Assembly (NCBI GenBank): GCA_965284375.1
Contig: OZ260074.1
Coordinates: 1,904,237-1,968,236 of the forward strand
Origin: Caulobacteraceae bacterium
GTDB taxonomy: Bacteria; Pseudomonadota; Alphaproteobacteria; Caulobacterales; Caulobacteraceae
DNA length: 64,000 bases
Direction: 5' to 3'
The notes beneath the pieces were generated by a model. It saw nothing but the letters and a program-made list of their open reading frames with translations, searched no databases and was not told where the DNA came from. Below are positions 9,566 to 19,192 of the stretch, in pieces. Each line of letters begins with the position of its first letter. Position 1 is the stretch's first letter. The position numbers and the translations under genes are program-made.

Positions 9566-10660
9566 ATGGCCCTTAAAGTCGCGATCGTCGGCCTGCCCAA
9601 TGTCGGCAAGTCCACCCTGTTCAACGCCCTGACCAAGACGGCGGCGGCACAGGCCGCCAACTATCCGTTCTGCACCATCGAGCCGAACACCGGCGACGTG
9701 GCGGTGCCGGAGCCGCGTCTGGACGCCCTGGCCTCGATCGCCGGGTCCAAGGAGATCATCCCCTCGCGCATCACCTTCGTCGACATCGCCGGCCTGGTCA
9801 GGGGCGCGTCCAAGGGCGAGGGCCTCGGCAACCAGTTCCTGGCCAACATCCGCGATTGTGACGCCGTCGCCTTCGTGGCCCGCTGCTTCGTCGATGACGA
9901 CATCACCCACGTCGAGAACCGCATCGACCCGATCAGCGACCTCGAAATCATCGAGACCGAACTGATGCTGGCTGATCTCGAAAGTCTCGAGAAGCGCGTC
10001 GTCAACGTGGAGAAGAAGGCCAAGGGCGGCGACAAGGACGCGCAGCAGACCCTCCGCCTGATCAATCTGGCCTTGGCGCCGCTCCGCGCCGGCAAGCCTG
10101 CACGTGTGGTCAAGGTCGACAAGGAGGACGAGAAGGCCTGGCACATGTTGCAGCTGCTGACCTCCCTCCCCGCTCTCTATGTGTCGAACGTCGACGAGGA
10201 CTCGGCCGACAAGGGCAATGAACTCTCCGACCAGGTCGCCACGCGCGCGGCCGCCGACAACGCCAAGGCCGTGGTCATCTCGGCCAAGATCGATTCCGAA
10301 TTGGCCGTCCTGGACGCTGCCGAACAGGCCGAGTTCCTGGAGAGCCTCGGTCTGGCCGAGCCGGGCCTGAACCGTCTGATTCGCGAGGCCTATGCCCTGC
10401 TGGGTCTGCAGTCCTATTTCACCGTCGGCCCCAAGGAAGCGCGCGCCTGGACCATTCCGATCGGGGCCACGGCACCGCAGGCCGCGGGGGTTATCCACAC
10501 CGATTTCGAAAAGGGTTTCATCCGCGCCGAGACCATCGCCTTCGACGACTTCGTAACGCTGAAGGGCGAGGCGAAGGCGCGCGAGGCCGGCAAGCTTCGG
10601 GCCGAGGGCAAGGCCTATGTCGTCAAGGACGGCGACGTGATGAACTTCCTGTTCAACTAG
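9566..10660 (+). CDS. ychF: Redox-regulated ATPase YchF
   Basis: GLPNVGKSTLFNALT, ANYPFCTIEPN, DIAGLVRGASKGEGLGNQFL. Confidence 0.98.
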   Translation: MALKVAIVGLPNVGKSTLFNALTKTAAAQAANYPFCTIEPNTGDVAVPEPRLDALASIAGSKEIIPSRITFVDIAGLVRGASKGEGLGNQFLANIRDCDAVAFVARCFVDDDITHVENRIDPISDLEIIETELMLADLESLEKRVVNVEKKAKGGDKDAQQTLRLINLALAPLRAGKPARVVKVDKEDEKAWHMLQLLTSLPALYVSNVDEDSADKGNELSDQVATRAAADNAKAVVISAKIDSELAVLDAAEQAEFLESLGLAEPGLNRLIREAYALLGLQSYFTVGPKEARAWTIPIGATAPQAAGVIHTDFEKGFIRAETIAFDDFVTLKGEAKAREAGKLRAEGKAYVVKDGDVMNFLFN

Positions 10661-11138
10661 GCGGTGTCACCGCGGGTCTCGGCACCGGACAGCGCGCCAG
10701 GCTGACGACCGCGCTGTTGCGGTTGAGCCAGGTCAGCCGCATGTCGTCGCCCTGGACATTCATCCGCACCCGCTCGCTGGAGGTCTGGCCTTCGGCGGCG
10801 CAGGCCAGGGAAACCTCATATCCGTCAGCCACCTGGCTGACGGATACAATCCCGCAGCTGTTCTCATAGCCGTCGAAGCGCGTCGTGCTGATCGCGATCG
10901 GCCGCTTCGCGCCGGCGGGATTGATGCACCAGGCGCGATTGGCAGCCCACAGGCCGACGAAGGTCCGGGGACCCGAGCCAGGCATGATCGAACCGACGCC
11001 CGGCGGCGGGGTCGGGGGCGGTGCCTCGGCCTCGGGCGTGTTGATCGGCGCGGCGGGCGCTGTCGGAGGATTGACCCCGGACTGGCCGCAGGCAGCGAGG
11101 GCAAACAGGGTGAGCGGAAGGACGCGATGCAGGATCAT
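10653..11138 (-). CDS. Hypothetical lipoprotein with Pro-rich linker
   Basis: MILHRVLPLTLFALAAC lipobox and four Cys. Its stop overlaps the end of ychF by 8 nt. Confidence 0.7.
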   Translation of the reverse strand: MILHRVLPLTLFALAACGQSGVNPPTAPAAPINTPEAEAPPPTPPPGVGSIMPGSGPRTFVGLWAANRAWCINPAGAKRPIAISTTRFDGYENSCGIVSVSQVADGYEVSLACAAEGQTSSERVRMNVQGDDMRLTWLNRNSAVVSLARCPVPRPAVTPPS

Positions 11139-11267
11139 ACTTGGCAAACGCGGTTCCGCAGCGACGGCTCCATGCCTCGCGTCGATCACGAATTCGCGGT
11201 CACGCTTGCATCCGCTGCAAGAGTTTGCGACCGGTTCGCTTGTGTCGAGAACAAGGGGGCGTCCCGC

Positions 11268-11531
11268 ATGACTCAGAACACCAATCCATGGGCGGTCCAG
11301 GTGGACCCGCTCGCCCAGGACATCGCCGCCGTGCTCAAACGCATGGGTGGTTCGGCCCATCAGCGCGATGTGGTCCAGTGCGTGGCGGCGATGAAACGCC
11401 AGCGCGGCGAGACCGTGGCCCAGGACCTGGCGAACAGGATCGTCGAGGTGTTCGAGAAATACCGCGACCTGTTCTTCCAGCCCTTCGGTGAAGGCTCGAT
11501 GCGCTGGGCGCTGCAACCCGGCGTCGCCTGA
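11268..11531 (+). CDS. Small hypothetical protein (87 aa), possibly winged-helix
   Basis: ATG at 11268, GC-rich third positions, helix-helix-helix-hairpin-like pattern, followed by a terminator. Confidence 0.65.
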   Translation: MTQNTNPWAVQVDPLAQDIAAVLKRMGGSAHQRDVVQCVAAMKRQRGETVAQDLANRIVEVFEKYRDLFFQPFGEGSMRWALQPGVA

Positions 11532-11555
11532 CCCCATCCGGCACGGGCCAACGAA

Positions 11556-11585
11556 AAGGCGCGCATCCGGCAGGATGCGCGCCTT
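11556..11585. terminator. Bidirectional terminator hairpin between convergent genes
   Basis: 13-bp perfect stem aaggcgcgcatcc / ggatgcgcgcctt. Confidence 0.75.
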
Positions 11586-11609
11586 CGTCGTTTCAGATGC
11601 CGTCAGCCT

Positions 11610-12140
11610 TTAGAAGCGGCGAACATAGCTCAGGCCGTAGGTGTCGAGTTCACCGCCGTTGTCGTCGGTGAAGTCGCGGCGGGTCCAGTCAGCGCGGACG
11701 CCGTTGCGGGCATCGAAGAAGTAGTTGGCACCGGCGCCGTAGTTGACGCTTTCGCCGTCCTCGGTGGCCGTGAAGCCCGCGACGTCGGCCTTGATCTGCG
11801 TCGTGCCGTAGCCGACGCGACCGAACAGTTCGAGGTTCGGGCTGATCGGCAGGGTGCCGACCACATAGGCGGCGGCGTCGTATTCATGGGACAGCTTGCC
11901 GTTCACGCCGCCGACGGTGATGTCGTCATCCTTGACGCCGAACGAGGCTTCGCCCTCGACGCCGACATAGCGGTTGAATTTGGCGTTCAGGCGGCCGGTG
12001 ATGGCCCCCAGGTCGGCGTTGTCGCCGTCGAGCACAGTGTAGCCGACCGAGCCGGTTACTTGCGGTGCAGAGATGGTTTGAGCCATGGCCGGCGCTGCGA
12101 GAAGAGTCAGAGCGGCCGTGGCGAGAAGAACGTTACGCAT
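11610..12140 (-). CDS. Outer-membrane beta-barrel (porin family) protein
   Basis: Signal peptide, alternating beta-strand pattern, C-terminal YVRRF. Confidence 0.88.
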   Translation of the reverse strand: MRNVLLATAALTLLAAPAMAQTISAPQVTGSVGYTVLDGDNADLGAITGRLNAKFNRYVGVEGEASFGVKDDDITVGGVNGKLSHEYDAAAYVVGTLPISPNLELFGRVGYGTTQIKADVAGFTATEDGESVNYGAGANYFFDARNGVRADWTRRDFTDDNGGELDTYGLSYVRRF

Positions 12141-12320
12141 TTTTGTATCCTACAGATGTGGCAACCAAGGGCTGCCAGCCCCATCCAGCGGAGACACAAA
12201 TGGGTCGGCACGCTCTCCGTTCCAGAGGCGCCCCGATACATGGCGACAACTGTGTGACGCGAGGCACAGACCGCGTTACATCAAGTCAGGCATCTTCATG
12301 GCAAAGCCAAGAAGGGTCGG

Positions 12321-15011
12321 TCAGCGGTCCTTCTCGCGCTCCGTGCCGGCGCGGGCATGCAGGGCGGCCTGGGCGGCGGCGAGGCGGGCGATCGGCACGC
12401 GGTAAGGCGAGCAGCTGACGTAGTCGAGGCCGACGGCCTCGCAGAAGGCGATCGAGGACGGGTCTCCGCCGTGTTCACCGCAGATGCCCATCTTGATGCC
12501 CGGACGCGCCGCCCCGCCGCGTTCGGCGGCGATGCGGATCAGGTCGCCGACCCCGTCCTGGTCGAGGCGGACGAAGGGGTCGGTCTCGAAGATGCCCTTG
12601 TCCATATAGGCCTGCAGGAAGCGGCCGGAATCGTCCCGGCTGATGCCGAAGGTGGTCTGGGTCAGGTCGTTGGTGCCGAAGCTGAAGAATTCGGCGTGCT
12701 CGGCCAGGTCGGCGGCGCGCAGGGCGGCGCGCGGCAGTTCGATCATCGTGCCGACCAGATAGTCGACGCGCTCTCCGGCCTCGGCGAAGACGGCCTCGGC
12801 CGTGCGGTCGGTCAGTTCGCGCAGGTATTTCATCTCGAGACCCAGGGCCACCAGCGGGTGCATGATCTCGGGGATGGGGGCCTCTGACGCGGTTTTCTTC
12901 ACCTCAAGCGCCGCCTCGAGGATGGCCCGGACCTGCATCTCGTAGATCTCGGGATAGGCGACGCCGAGGCGGCAGCCGCGGTGGCCGAGCATGGGGTTGG
13001 TCTCGTGCAGCTCCTTAGCACGCCGCTTCAGCTTGGCGGCGTCGAGGCCCTGGGCGATCGCCAGGGCGTCGATCTCGGCGTCGGTGTGGGGGATGAATTC
13101 GTGCAGCGGCGGATCGAGCAGGCGCACCGTGACGGGCAGGCCGGCCATGATGCGGAACAGCTCGACGAAGTCGGACTTCTGGAACGGTGCGATCTTGGCC
13201 AGGGCGAGGCGGCGGCCGGCTTCGTCATCGGCGAGGATCATCTCGCGCACGGCGGCGATGCGGGCCTCGTCGAAGAACATGTGCTCGGTCCGGCACAGGC
13301 CGATGCCCTCGGCACCGAAGCCGCGCGCGGTGCGGGCGTCCAGCGGGGTCTCGGCATTGGCGCGCACCTTCAGACGGCGGACCTTGTCGGCCCAGGCCAT
13401 CAGGGTCTGGAAGTCGCCGGTCAGCTCGGGCTCGATCATCGCGACCGCGCCTTCGAGGACCTCGCCCTTCGAGCCGTCGATGGTGATGACCTCGCCGGCC
13501 TTGAAGACGCGGCCGCGGGCGGTGAAGGTCCCGGCGCGCTCGTCGATCGACAGTTCGTTGATGCCGCAGACGCAGGGACGGCCCATGCCGCGAGCGACGA
13601 CCGCCGCGTGGCTGGTCATGCCGCCCCGGGCCGTCAGGATGCCGCGTGCGGCGTGCATGCCGTGGATGTCCTCGGGCGAGGTTTCCTCGCGCACCAGGAT
13701 GACGGCGTCGCCGAGCTGGGACAGGCGTTCGGCCTCGTCGGCGTCGAACACGATCTTGCCCGTGGCCGCACCCGGAGAGGCGGGCAGGCCGGCGGCGACG
13801 ACGGTCCGGACGGCGTCGGGGTCGAGTGTAGGGTGCAACAGCTGGTCCAGCGCCGACGGCTCAACGCGGGAGATGGCTTCCTCCTGCGAGATTACGCCCT
13901 CGGCGGCCAGATCGACGGCGACCTTGAGCGCCGACTTGGCGGTGCGCTTGCCGTTGCGGGTCTGCAGCATCCACAGCCGGCCCTGTTCGACCGTGAACTC
14001 GATATCCTGCATGTCGCGGTAGTGGCTCTCGAGCCGGCCGACGACCTCGACGAATTCGGCGAAGACGACCGGCATGGCCTCTTCCATCGAGGGGGCGGTC
14101 TCGCCCATCTCCTCGCGACCGATCTTCGTCAGCGACTGGGGCGTGCGGATGCCGGCGACGACGTCCTCGCCCTGGGCGTTGATCAGGAACTCGCCGTAGA
14201 GCCGGGCCTCGCCGGTCGACGGGTTGCGGGTGAAGGCGACGCCGGTGGCCGAGGTGTCGCCCATATTGCCGAACACCATCGACTGGACATTGACCGCCGT
14301 GCCCCAGCTTTCGGGGATGTCGTGCATGCGGCGATAGAATTTGGCCCGGTCGTTCATCCAGCTGGCAAAGACGGCCGAGACCGCGCCCCACAGCTGGTCA
14401 TTCGGATCCTGCGGGAAGGGATGGCCGAGCCGGTCCTCGACCACCGCCTTGTAGTCGGCGACGACCTTTTCCCAGTCACGGGCCGTCAGATCGGTATCGA
14501 TGGTGATGCCCAGACGGTCCTTGTGGTCGTCCAGAACCCCCTCGAAATCGTCATGCGACAGGCCCAGGACCACGCTGGAATACATGGTGATGAAGCGGCG
14601 ATAGCTGTCGAAAGCGAAGCGGCGGTCACCGGACAGGGCGGCCAGGCCCTCGACCGTCTCGTCGTTGAGGCCGAGGTTGAGGACGGTGTCCATCATCCCC
14701 GGCATCGAGGCGCGGGCTCCCGAGCGGACCGAGACCAGCAGGGGGTTCTTCGCGTCGCCGAAGGTCTTGCCGACGACGGCCTCGACCTTTGCCAGGCCCG
14801 CGGCGACCTGGGCCGCCAGCGCATCCGGATATGTCTGGCCACTGGTATAGTAGTGGACGCAGGCTTCGGTGGTGATGGTGAAGCCGGGGGGCACCGGCAG
14901 GCCGAGCGAGGACATCTCGGCCAGGTTCGCACCCTTGCCGCCGAGCAGGTTCTTCATCGACGCGTCGCCGTCGGCGGACCCGCCGCCGAAGCCGTACACC
15001 CATTGAGTCAT
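12321..15011 (-). CDS. ppdK: Pyruvate, phosphate dikinase
   Basis: LLGGKGANLAEM, GGMTSHAAVVARG, GIGLCRTEHMF, FFSFGTNDLTQ, ICGEHGGDP. Confidence 0.99.
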   Translation of the reverse strand: MTQWVYGFGGGSADGDASMKNLLGGKGANLAEMSSLGLPVPPGFTITTEACVHYYTSGQTYPDALAAQVAAGLAKVEAVVGKTFGDAKNPLLVSVRSGARASMPGMMDTVLNLGLNDETVEGLAALSGDRRFAFDSYRRFITMYSSVVLGLSHDDFEGVLDDHKDRLGITIDTDLTARDWEKVVADYKAVVEDRLGHPFPQDPNDQLWGAVSAVFASWMNDRAKFYRRMHDIPESWGTAVNVQSMVFGNMGDTSATGVAFTRNPSTGEARLYGEFLINAQGEDVVAGIRTPQSLTKIGREEMGETAPSMEEAMPVVFAEFVEVVGRLESHYRDMQDIEFTVEQGRLWMLQTRNGKRTAKSALKVAVDLAAEGVISQEEAISRVEPSALDQLLHPTLDPDAVRTVVAAGLPASPGAATGKIVFDADEAERLSQLGDAVILVREETSPEDIHGMHAARGILTARGGMTSHAAVVARGMGRPCVCGINELSIDERAGTFTARGRVFKAGEVITIDGSKGEVLEGAVAMIEPELTGDFQTLMAWADKVRRLKVRANAETPLDARTARGFGAEGIGLCRTEHMFFDEARIAAVREMILADDEAGRRLALAKIAPFQKSDFVELFRIMAGLPVTVRLLDPPLHEFIPHTDAEIDALAIAQGLDAAKLKRRAKELHETNPMLGHRGCRLGVAYPEIYEMQVRAILEAALEVKKTASEAPIPEIMHPLVALGLEMKYLRELTDRTAEAVFAEAGERVDYLVGTMIELPRAALRAADLAEHAEFFSFGTNDLTQTTFGISRDDSGRFLQAYMDKGIFETDPFVRLDQDGVGDLIRIAAERGGAARPGIKMGICGEHGGDPSSIAFCEAVGLDYVSCSPYRVPIARLAAAQAALHARAGTEREKDR

Positions 15012-15631
15012 AGACAAGCCCCTGAGCCTTGGTCGTATGCCGCCTGACTAACGTGCTGCGCCCGCGAAGGCGAGGCCGGGGCCGTAACAATCCGTGAGCC
15101 CGTGTGACGTTCCGGGCCCCGGGCAGAGGTCTTCGCCCCGCCGCGCAGGCACGGTAGGTCGAGCGGGAGGCTTGGCAGAGCGCCCGGGCCTTCGCCCGGA
15201 AAAGCGTAGAAAAATACCGTTTCGACGAAGGCAGCACGCTCCGCGCGGACGGTTTTCCGGAAGCTTGCGTCGGGTGGCCGTGTTGGGGCCTTACCGCAGC
15301 GCCTCCGGCGGGCAGGTCGGGCGACGATCCCGATCCCTGGAACGACCTGGGTATCCCCCCGGCCCTCCACCCCGGGCGGGCGGCCCTTAGGAGGCCCCTG
15401 CGCCGGTCCGGCTCCGTCGGCTCGCACCGACGGACCCCGCTCCATCCGCTCCCGCCGCCGCTTCGGTTCGCCGGCCGAGCGAGCCTCCCTGCGACGGGAC
15501 AGGGAGGATTATGGGGGCGGTTCTTCCTGCGGCTGGGAGATGACGCCGGGCCAGCGTCTATATCACGATAGATCAATCGGTTAGCCGAACGAGCCTGTAT
15601 AGCTGAGCGTCTATTGCTCGCACTCAAAACA

Positions 15632-15672
15632 CCGTGCATCCCCGCGAAGGCGGGGACCCAGGTTTGAGCGGC
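15632..15672 (+). repeat. REP-like palindromic element, left arm of island
   Basis: ccgtgcatccccgcgaaggcggggacccaggtttgagcggc; identical over 41 nt to the reverse complement of 51976-52016 in murD. Confidence 0.92.
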
Positions 15673-15745
15673 AACGAGACGGGCTGAACGAACCCCTGCT
15701 CAACCCGACACCGGCGGCGAAGCCAAAAGGGACGCGTGTTCCCAC

Positions 15746-15818
15746 CGGGAGCCGACCTCAGGTCAGACGGCCGCAAGCGGACATCGCCGATGTCTCCTTT
15801 GGGGGGAAAGCGGACCTT
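15746..15818 (+). repeat. Site A: 5'-truncated bipartite site plus an extra 24-bp unit
   Basis: cgggagccgacc...aagcggac (15746-15782), then gtctcct-ttggggggaa-agcggac (15792-15815). Confidence 0.8.
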
Positions 15819-15899
15819 ACCCTTCTCGGAGACGCGCACCTTATCAGGGTGAAATCGGACCTTGGTTTGCGTCCAGCAGTCGCTTCACTGCTTAGACAG

Positions 15900-16118
15900 A
15901 TGCCGGCGTTCGTCGGAGACGCCGATATCGACTTCATGAAACAGATGCGGGGGCACCACCAGGCCGCTATCGCAATGGCGCGGGTCGAACTTGCGCATGG
16001 CAAGGACGTCCAGGCGCGGGCCCTCGCCCGGGATGTGATCACGGCTCAGGAGCGGGAAATCCAGATGATCGACGTCTGGCTTGGTCAGAAGGCGCCGTCT
16101 GCAGCGCCTGTGGCTTGA
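15900..16118 (+). pseudogene. 5'-truncated DUF305 (CopM-like) gene copy
   Basis: [36 protein letters not shown] is near-identical to the C-terminal half of 20657..21082. Signal peptide and N-terminal half are missing. Confidence 0.75.
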
Positions 16119-16343
16119 CGCCGCATCAGCGCACCACCGTCGGACCGGGTGAATGCGCGAAGTCAGCCGCTGATTGGACTTTGTCGCGGAGGTGCCCTTT
16201 TTGGCTCAAGATACCATCGGTCGCGATCGCCTTTCCTGAGGGGCGCGCTTGGCCAGCGCGTATAGAAGGTCGATACGAAGGGTCTTAAGACACCCGCTTC
16301 GTCGTTGGCCCAAAGGCTGGCTCTTGTTGAAGGAGACTACCCC

Positions 16344-16727
16344 ATGATCCGCACGCTCGCCGTCACCACCGCACTGGCCCTCGCCGGAACCGCCGCCGCA
16401 CAGGACCCCCATGCCGGCCACCACACGCAGGCCCAGGCTGCGATGCCGCAGTCCGGCATCATCACGGTCCCCGCTGACGGTGCCATGTTCTCGGGTTCAC
16501 CCGAACGGTTCTCCGCGACCTTCCCGCACCCGATGTTGCTCAAGACGGTAACCCTGACTGCCGAGGGGCAGGCACCCATTGTCGTGACCGCGCCCGTTTC
16601 GCCCGCCGCAGCGACCGTTGGCGTGGCATTGCCTCGCCTTGCACCCGGAACCTGGACAGCCGCCTGGGCCGCCGAGGGTGCCGACGGCCACAAGATGTCA
16701 GGCTCCAGCAGCTTCATGGTTCACTAG
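16344..16727 (+). CDS. CopC-like periplasmic copper-binding protein with His-rich N-terminus
   Basis: RBS aaggag; signal peptide; QDPHAGHH; WAAEGADGHKMSGSSSF. Confidence 0.8.
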   Translation: MIRTLAVTTALALAGTAAAQDPHAGHHTQAQAAMPQSGIITVPADGAMFSGSPERFSATFPHPMLLKTVTLTAEGQAPIVVTAPVSPAAATVGVALPRLAPGTWTAAWAAEGADGHKMSGSSSFMVH

Positions 16728-16732
16728 GGAGA

Positions 16733-16960
16733 ATGGTGATGAAAGTTTCCAACCTGCTGGCCGCAGCCGGCGCGGTCCTGACCCTCAGTGCTGGCGCGGC
16801 GCTCGCGGCCGATGGCTGCGAATGCTGCAAGGACATGGCTACTGATGCCGCAATGTCCTGCTGTGACAAGATGAAGACAGAACCCGCTCCAGCCCCGGGG
16901 CCCACTCCTGGGGCTGAGGAACCCGCGCCCGCTGCACCCGCAATGAGCCATCAACAATAA
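16733..16960 (+). CDS. Small secreted Cys/Met-rich protein
   Basis: Signal peptide, then ADGCECCKDMATDAAMSCCDKMK; RBS gggag. Confidence 0.7.
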   Translation: MVMKVSNLLAAAGAVLTLSAGAALAADGCECCKDMATDAAMSCCDKMKTEPAPAPGPTPGAEEPAPAAPAMSHQQ

Positions 16961-17015
16961 AGGCGGCCGGCTCGACCACCGCAAAGCCGGTTGGCCGCTC
17001 GCTCGGGGGAGTGAA

Positions 17016-18167
17016 GTGACAGACAGTCGCGGTCCCACACGGGTTCCTTTTCCCGACGTGCTCGATCCGCTCACCGGCGTGAGGTTCTTTCTCGCCCTCG
17101 GGGTCGTCCTGTTTCACTACCAGCTTCAATGGACCTTGCCGGGGGACGGGGGACTGCTGAACCGCGCGCGACTGGCGGTGGATGTGTTTTTCATCCTGTC
17201 GGGCTTCATCCTGACCCACGTCTATCTGCGAGGGGACGGAGCGTTGAACTACCGGCGGTTCCTCGCCGCTCGGTTCGCACGGATTTATCCGGCCCACCTG
17301 TTCATCCTTCTGGCCATGCTCGGGCTGGTGCTGGCAGCGCCCATTTTCGGCGTCGGGTTGGAGCCAGGCCGCTTTAATCCCGCCGACTTCGTAGGCAGTC
17401 TGCTGCTTGTTCAGGCTTGGTTTCCGCGCCAGACCTTGGCGCTCTGGAATGGACCGGCCTGGTCGCTGTCGGCGGAATGGTTCGCCTACTTGGCATTCCC
17501 GGCCTACGCCGCCTTGGCTTTCCGGCTGCGGACCAGACCGTGGGTCATCATCGGCCTCGCGGCGATATCGTTCGTCGTTCTGGACGCCATCTATCGTGCC
17601 CAGTTTGGGCGCGTGCTCCCTCGAGCCGAGGACAGCATGGGCATCCTGCGTATCGTCCCTGAGTTTCTCTACGGCATCGGCCTCTACTACCTCGGCCAGC
17701 GCTGGACGCCGTCGCCGCGCGTGTCAGTTGTGAGTGCATTGGCGACCACGGTCGCGCTGCTCTCGCTGATGCAGTTCGGCGTTGACGACCGCATCATCGT
17801 GGCGGCGGCCGGCCCCTTCATCCTGTCGCTCGCACTGCTGGAGAAGGCGGGCGTGCGGACCTTTCTGTCCCATCCGGTCGCCCTGTTCGCGGGCGAGGCG
17901 TCGTTCGCCCTCTATCTCGTCCACATCCCGATCCTGATGGTTTGGCGCAACGGGGCGCAGGCGCTCACTGGCTGGCCCGGTGATTACCGGATGGGCTTGG
18001 GAGAACTGGCTCCCATGCTGGTGTTGACGCTCGCCGCCGCCGCAGCCATCCATGTCTTCGTTGAGCAGCCGGGCCGACGGTGGCTCCGGGAGTGGATGGT
18101 GCCGAGACCCGTCGATCCCGTCGAGGCCAAACGTTCCGCTCACAGCGATCAGGGAGAGCCGTTTTGA
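17016..18167 (+). CDS. Membrane acyltransferase (acyltransferase-3 / OafA-like)
   Basis: LTGVRFFLALGVVLFH, AVDVFFILSGF, WNGPAWSLSAEWFAY, SFALYLVH. Confidence 0.9.
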   Translation: MTDSRGPTRVPFPDVLDPLTGVRFFLALGVVLFHYQLQWTLPGDGGLLNRARLAVDVFFILSGFILTHVYLRGDGALNYRRFLAARFARIYPAHLFILLAMLGLVLAAPIFGVGLEPGRFNPADFVGSLLLVQAWFPRQTLALWNGPAWSLSAEWFAYLAFPAYAALAFRLRTRPWVIIGLAAISFVVLDAIYRAQFGRVLPRAEDSMGILRIVPEFLYGIGLYYLGQRWTPSPRVSVVSALATTVALLSLMQFGVDDRIIVAAAGPFILSLALLEKAGVRTFLSHPVALFAGEASFALYLVHIPILMVWRNGAQALTGWPGDYRMGLGELAPMLVLTLAAAAAIHVFVEQPGRRWLREWMVPRPVDPVEAKRSAHSDQGEPF

Positions 18168-18640
18168 CATCCGTAACACTGAACCGTCGCCTGCTTTTGG
18201 GGGCCGCCCTTCTTGTCGGGTCGAGCGGGGCGGCTTGCGCCCAGTCGCGTCGGCCACGCGACCTCATGGTCTACAAGACGCCGACCTGCCCATGCTGCGA
18301 TGGGTGGATCGCGCACATGCGCGAGGCTGGATTTGCTGTCACGGTCACTGTCCTTCCCGATCTCCGACCGATCCGGATCGCCAGAGGTTTTCCGGATGCG
18401 CTGGCCTCGTGTCACACCGGACTGATCAATGGCTATCTCGTTGAAGGCCACGTCCCGGCGCCGGACGTCATCCGTCTGCTGAACGAACGGCCGTCGGCAA
18501 TCGGTCTCGCCGTCCCGGCCATGCCGCTGGGCTCTCCCGGGATGGAGACTCCGCAGGGGCACAAGGACGCCTTTGATACCCTGCTGGTGCTCCCGGCGGG
18601 CACCTCCCGCGTGTTCGCTCGCCACAACCAGCCGGCCTGA
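18164..18640 (+). CDS. DUF411 metal-binding protein
   Basis: YKTPTCPCCDGW, LASCHT, VEGHVP, GLAVPAMPLGSPGME. TTG start overlaps the previous stop. Confidence 0.9.
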   Translation: MTSVTLNRRLLLGAALLVGSSGAACAQSRRPRDLMVYKTPTCPCCDGWIAHMREAGFAVTVTVLPDLRPIRIARGFPDALASCHTGLINGYLVEGHVPAPDVIRLLNERPSAIGLAVPAMPLGSPGMETPQGHKDAFDTLLVLPAGTSRVFARHNQPA

Positions 18641-18686
18641 CGCAGGCCACACCCATCCATTCAGATCCCGCAACCCGGAGCCCGCC

Positions 18687-19178
18687 ATGTCCCGCAGACC
18701 TCTTGCTCTCGCGCTGTCGATCGCCGTCCTCTCAGCGATGCCGGCCTTCGCCCAGGACCACGCCCACGGCCATGACCACGCTGCAGGCTCGGTCGCCGAA
18801 GAGGCAGCGGGCGCCGCGGTGGCCGTCGACGCTTTCCACGCCGCATTGAAGGCCGGCGACACGGCCGCCGCCGTGGCCCTGATGGCCCCGGATGTGATGA
18901 TCTTCGAAGAGGGTTACGCGGAGCGATCGCGCGACGAATATGCGTCCCATCACCTGGGTTCGGACGCCGCTTTCGCGGCGGTATCACAGTCCGTGGTGGA
19001 ACGGCGGTCGGGCTGGGCGGACGGCGACATCGCCTGGATCACCAGTGAAGGCCGAACGACGGGTCAGGTTAATAATCGCCCCGTTGATCGCCTGACGACC
19101 GAGACCATGGTCCTGAAGCGCCACGCCGACGGCTGGCACATCCACCACATCCACTGGTCGTCGCGCGCTCCTGGCTAG
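18687..19178 (+). CDS. NTF2/SnoaL-like (DUF4440) secreted protein with His-rich N-terminus
   Basis: Signal peptide, QDHAHGHDH, DAFHAALKAGD, WHIHHIHWSS. Confidence 0.82.
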   Translation: MSRRPLALALSIAVLSAMPAFAQDHAHGHDHAAGSVAEEAAGAAVAVDAFHAALKAGDTAAAVALMAPDVMIFEEGYAERSRDEYASHHLGSDAAFAAVSQSVVERRSGWADGDIAWITSEGRTTGQVNNRPVDRLTTETMVLKRHADGWHIHHIHWSSRAPG

Positions 19179-19192
19179 GCGCGTTCACGACG

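Noticed and set aside
12981-15047. Long antisense ORFs (also 24977..26428, 44998..47457, 57029..58636)
   Set aside because: Shadow frames of well-supported genes in high-GC DNA, with no motifs.
15158-15571. Start-less 138-codon open frame on the + strand
   Set aside because: No start codon or recognisable motif; such lengths are common at this GC content.
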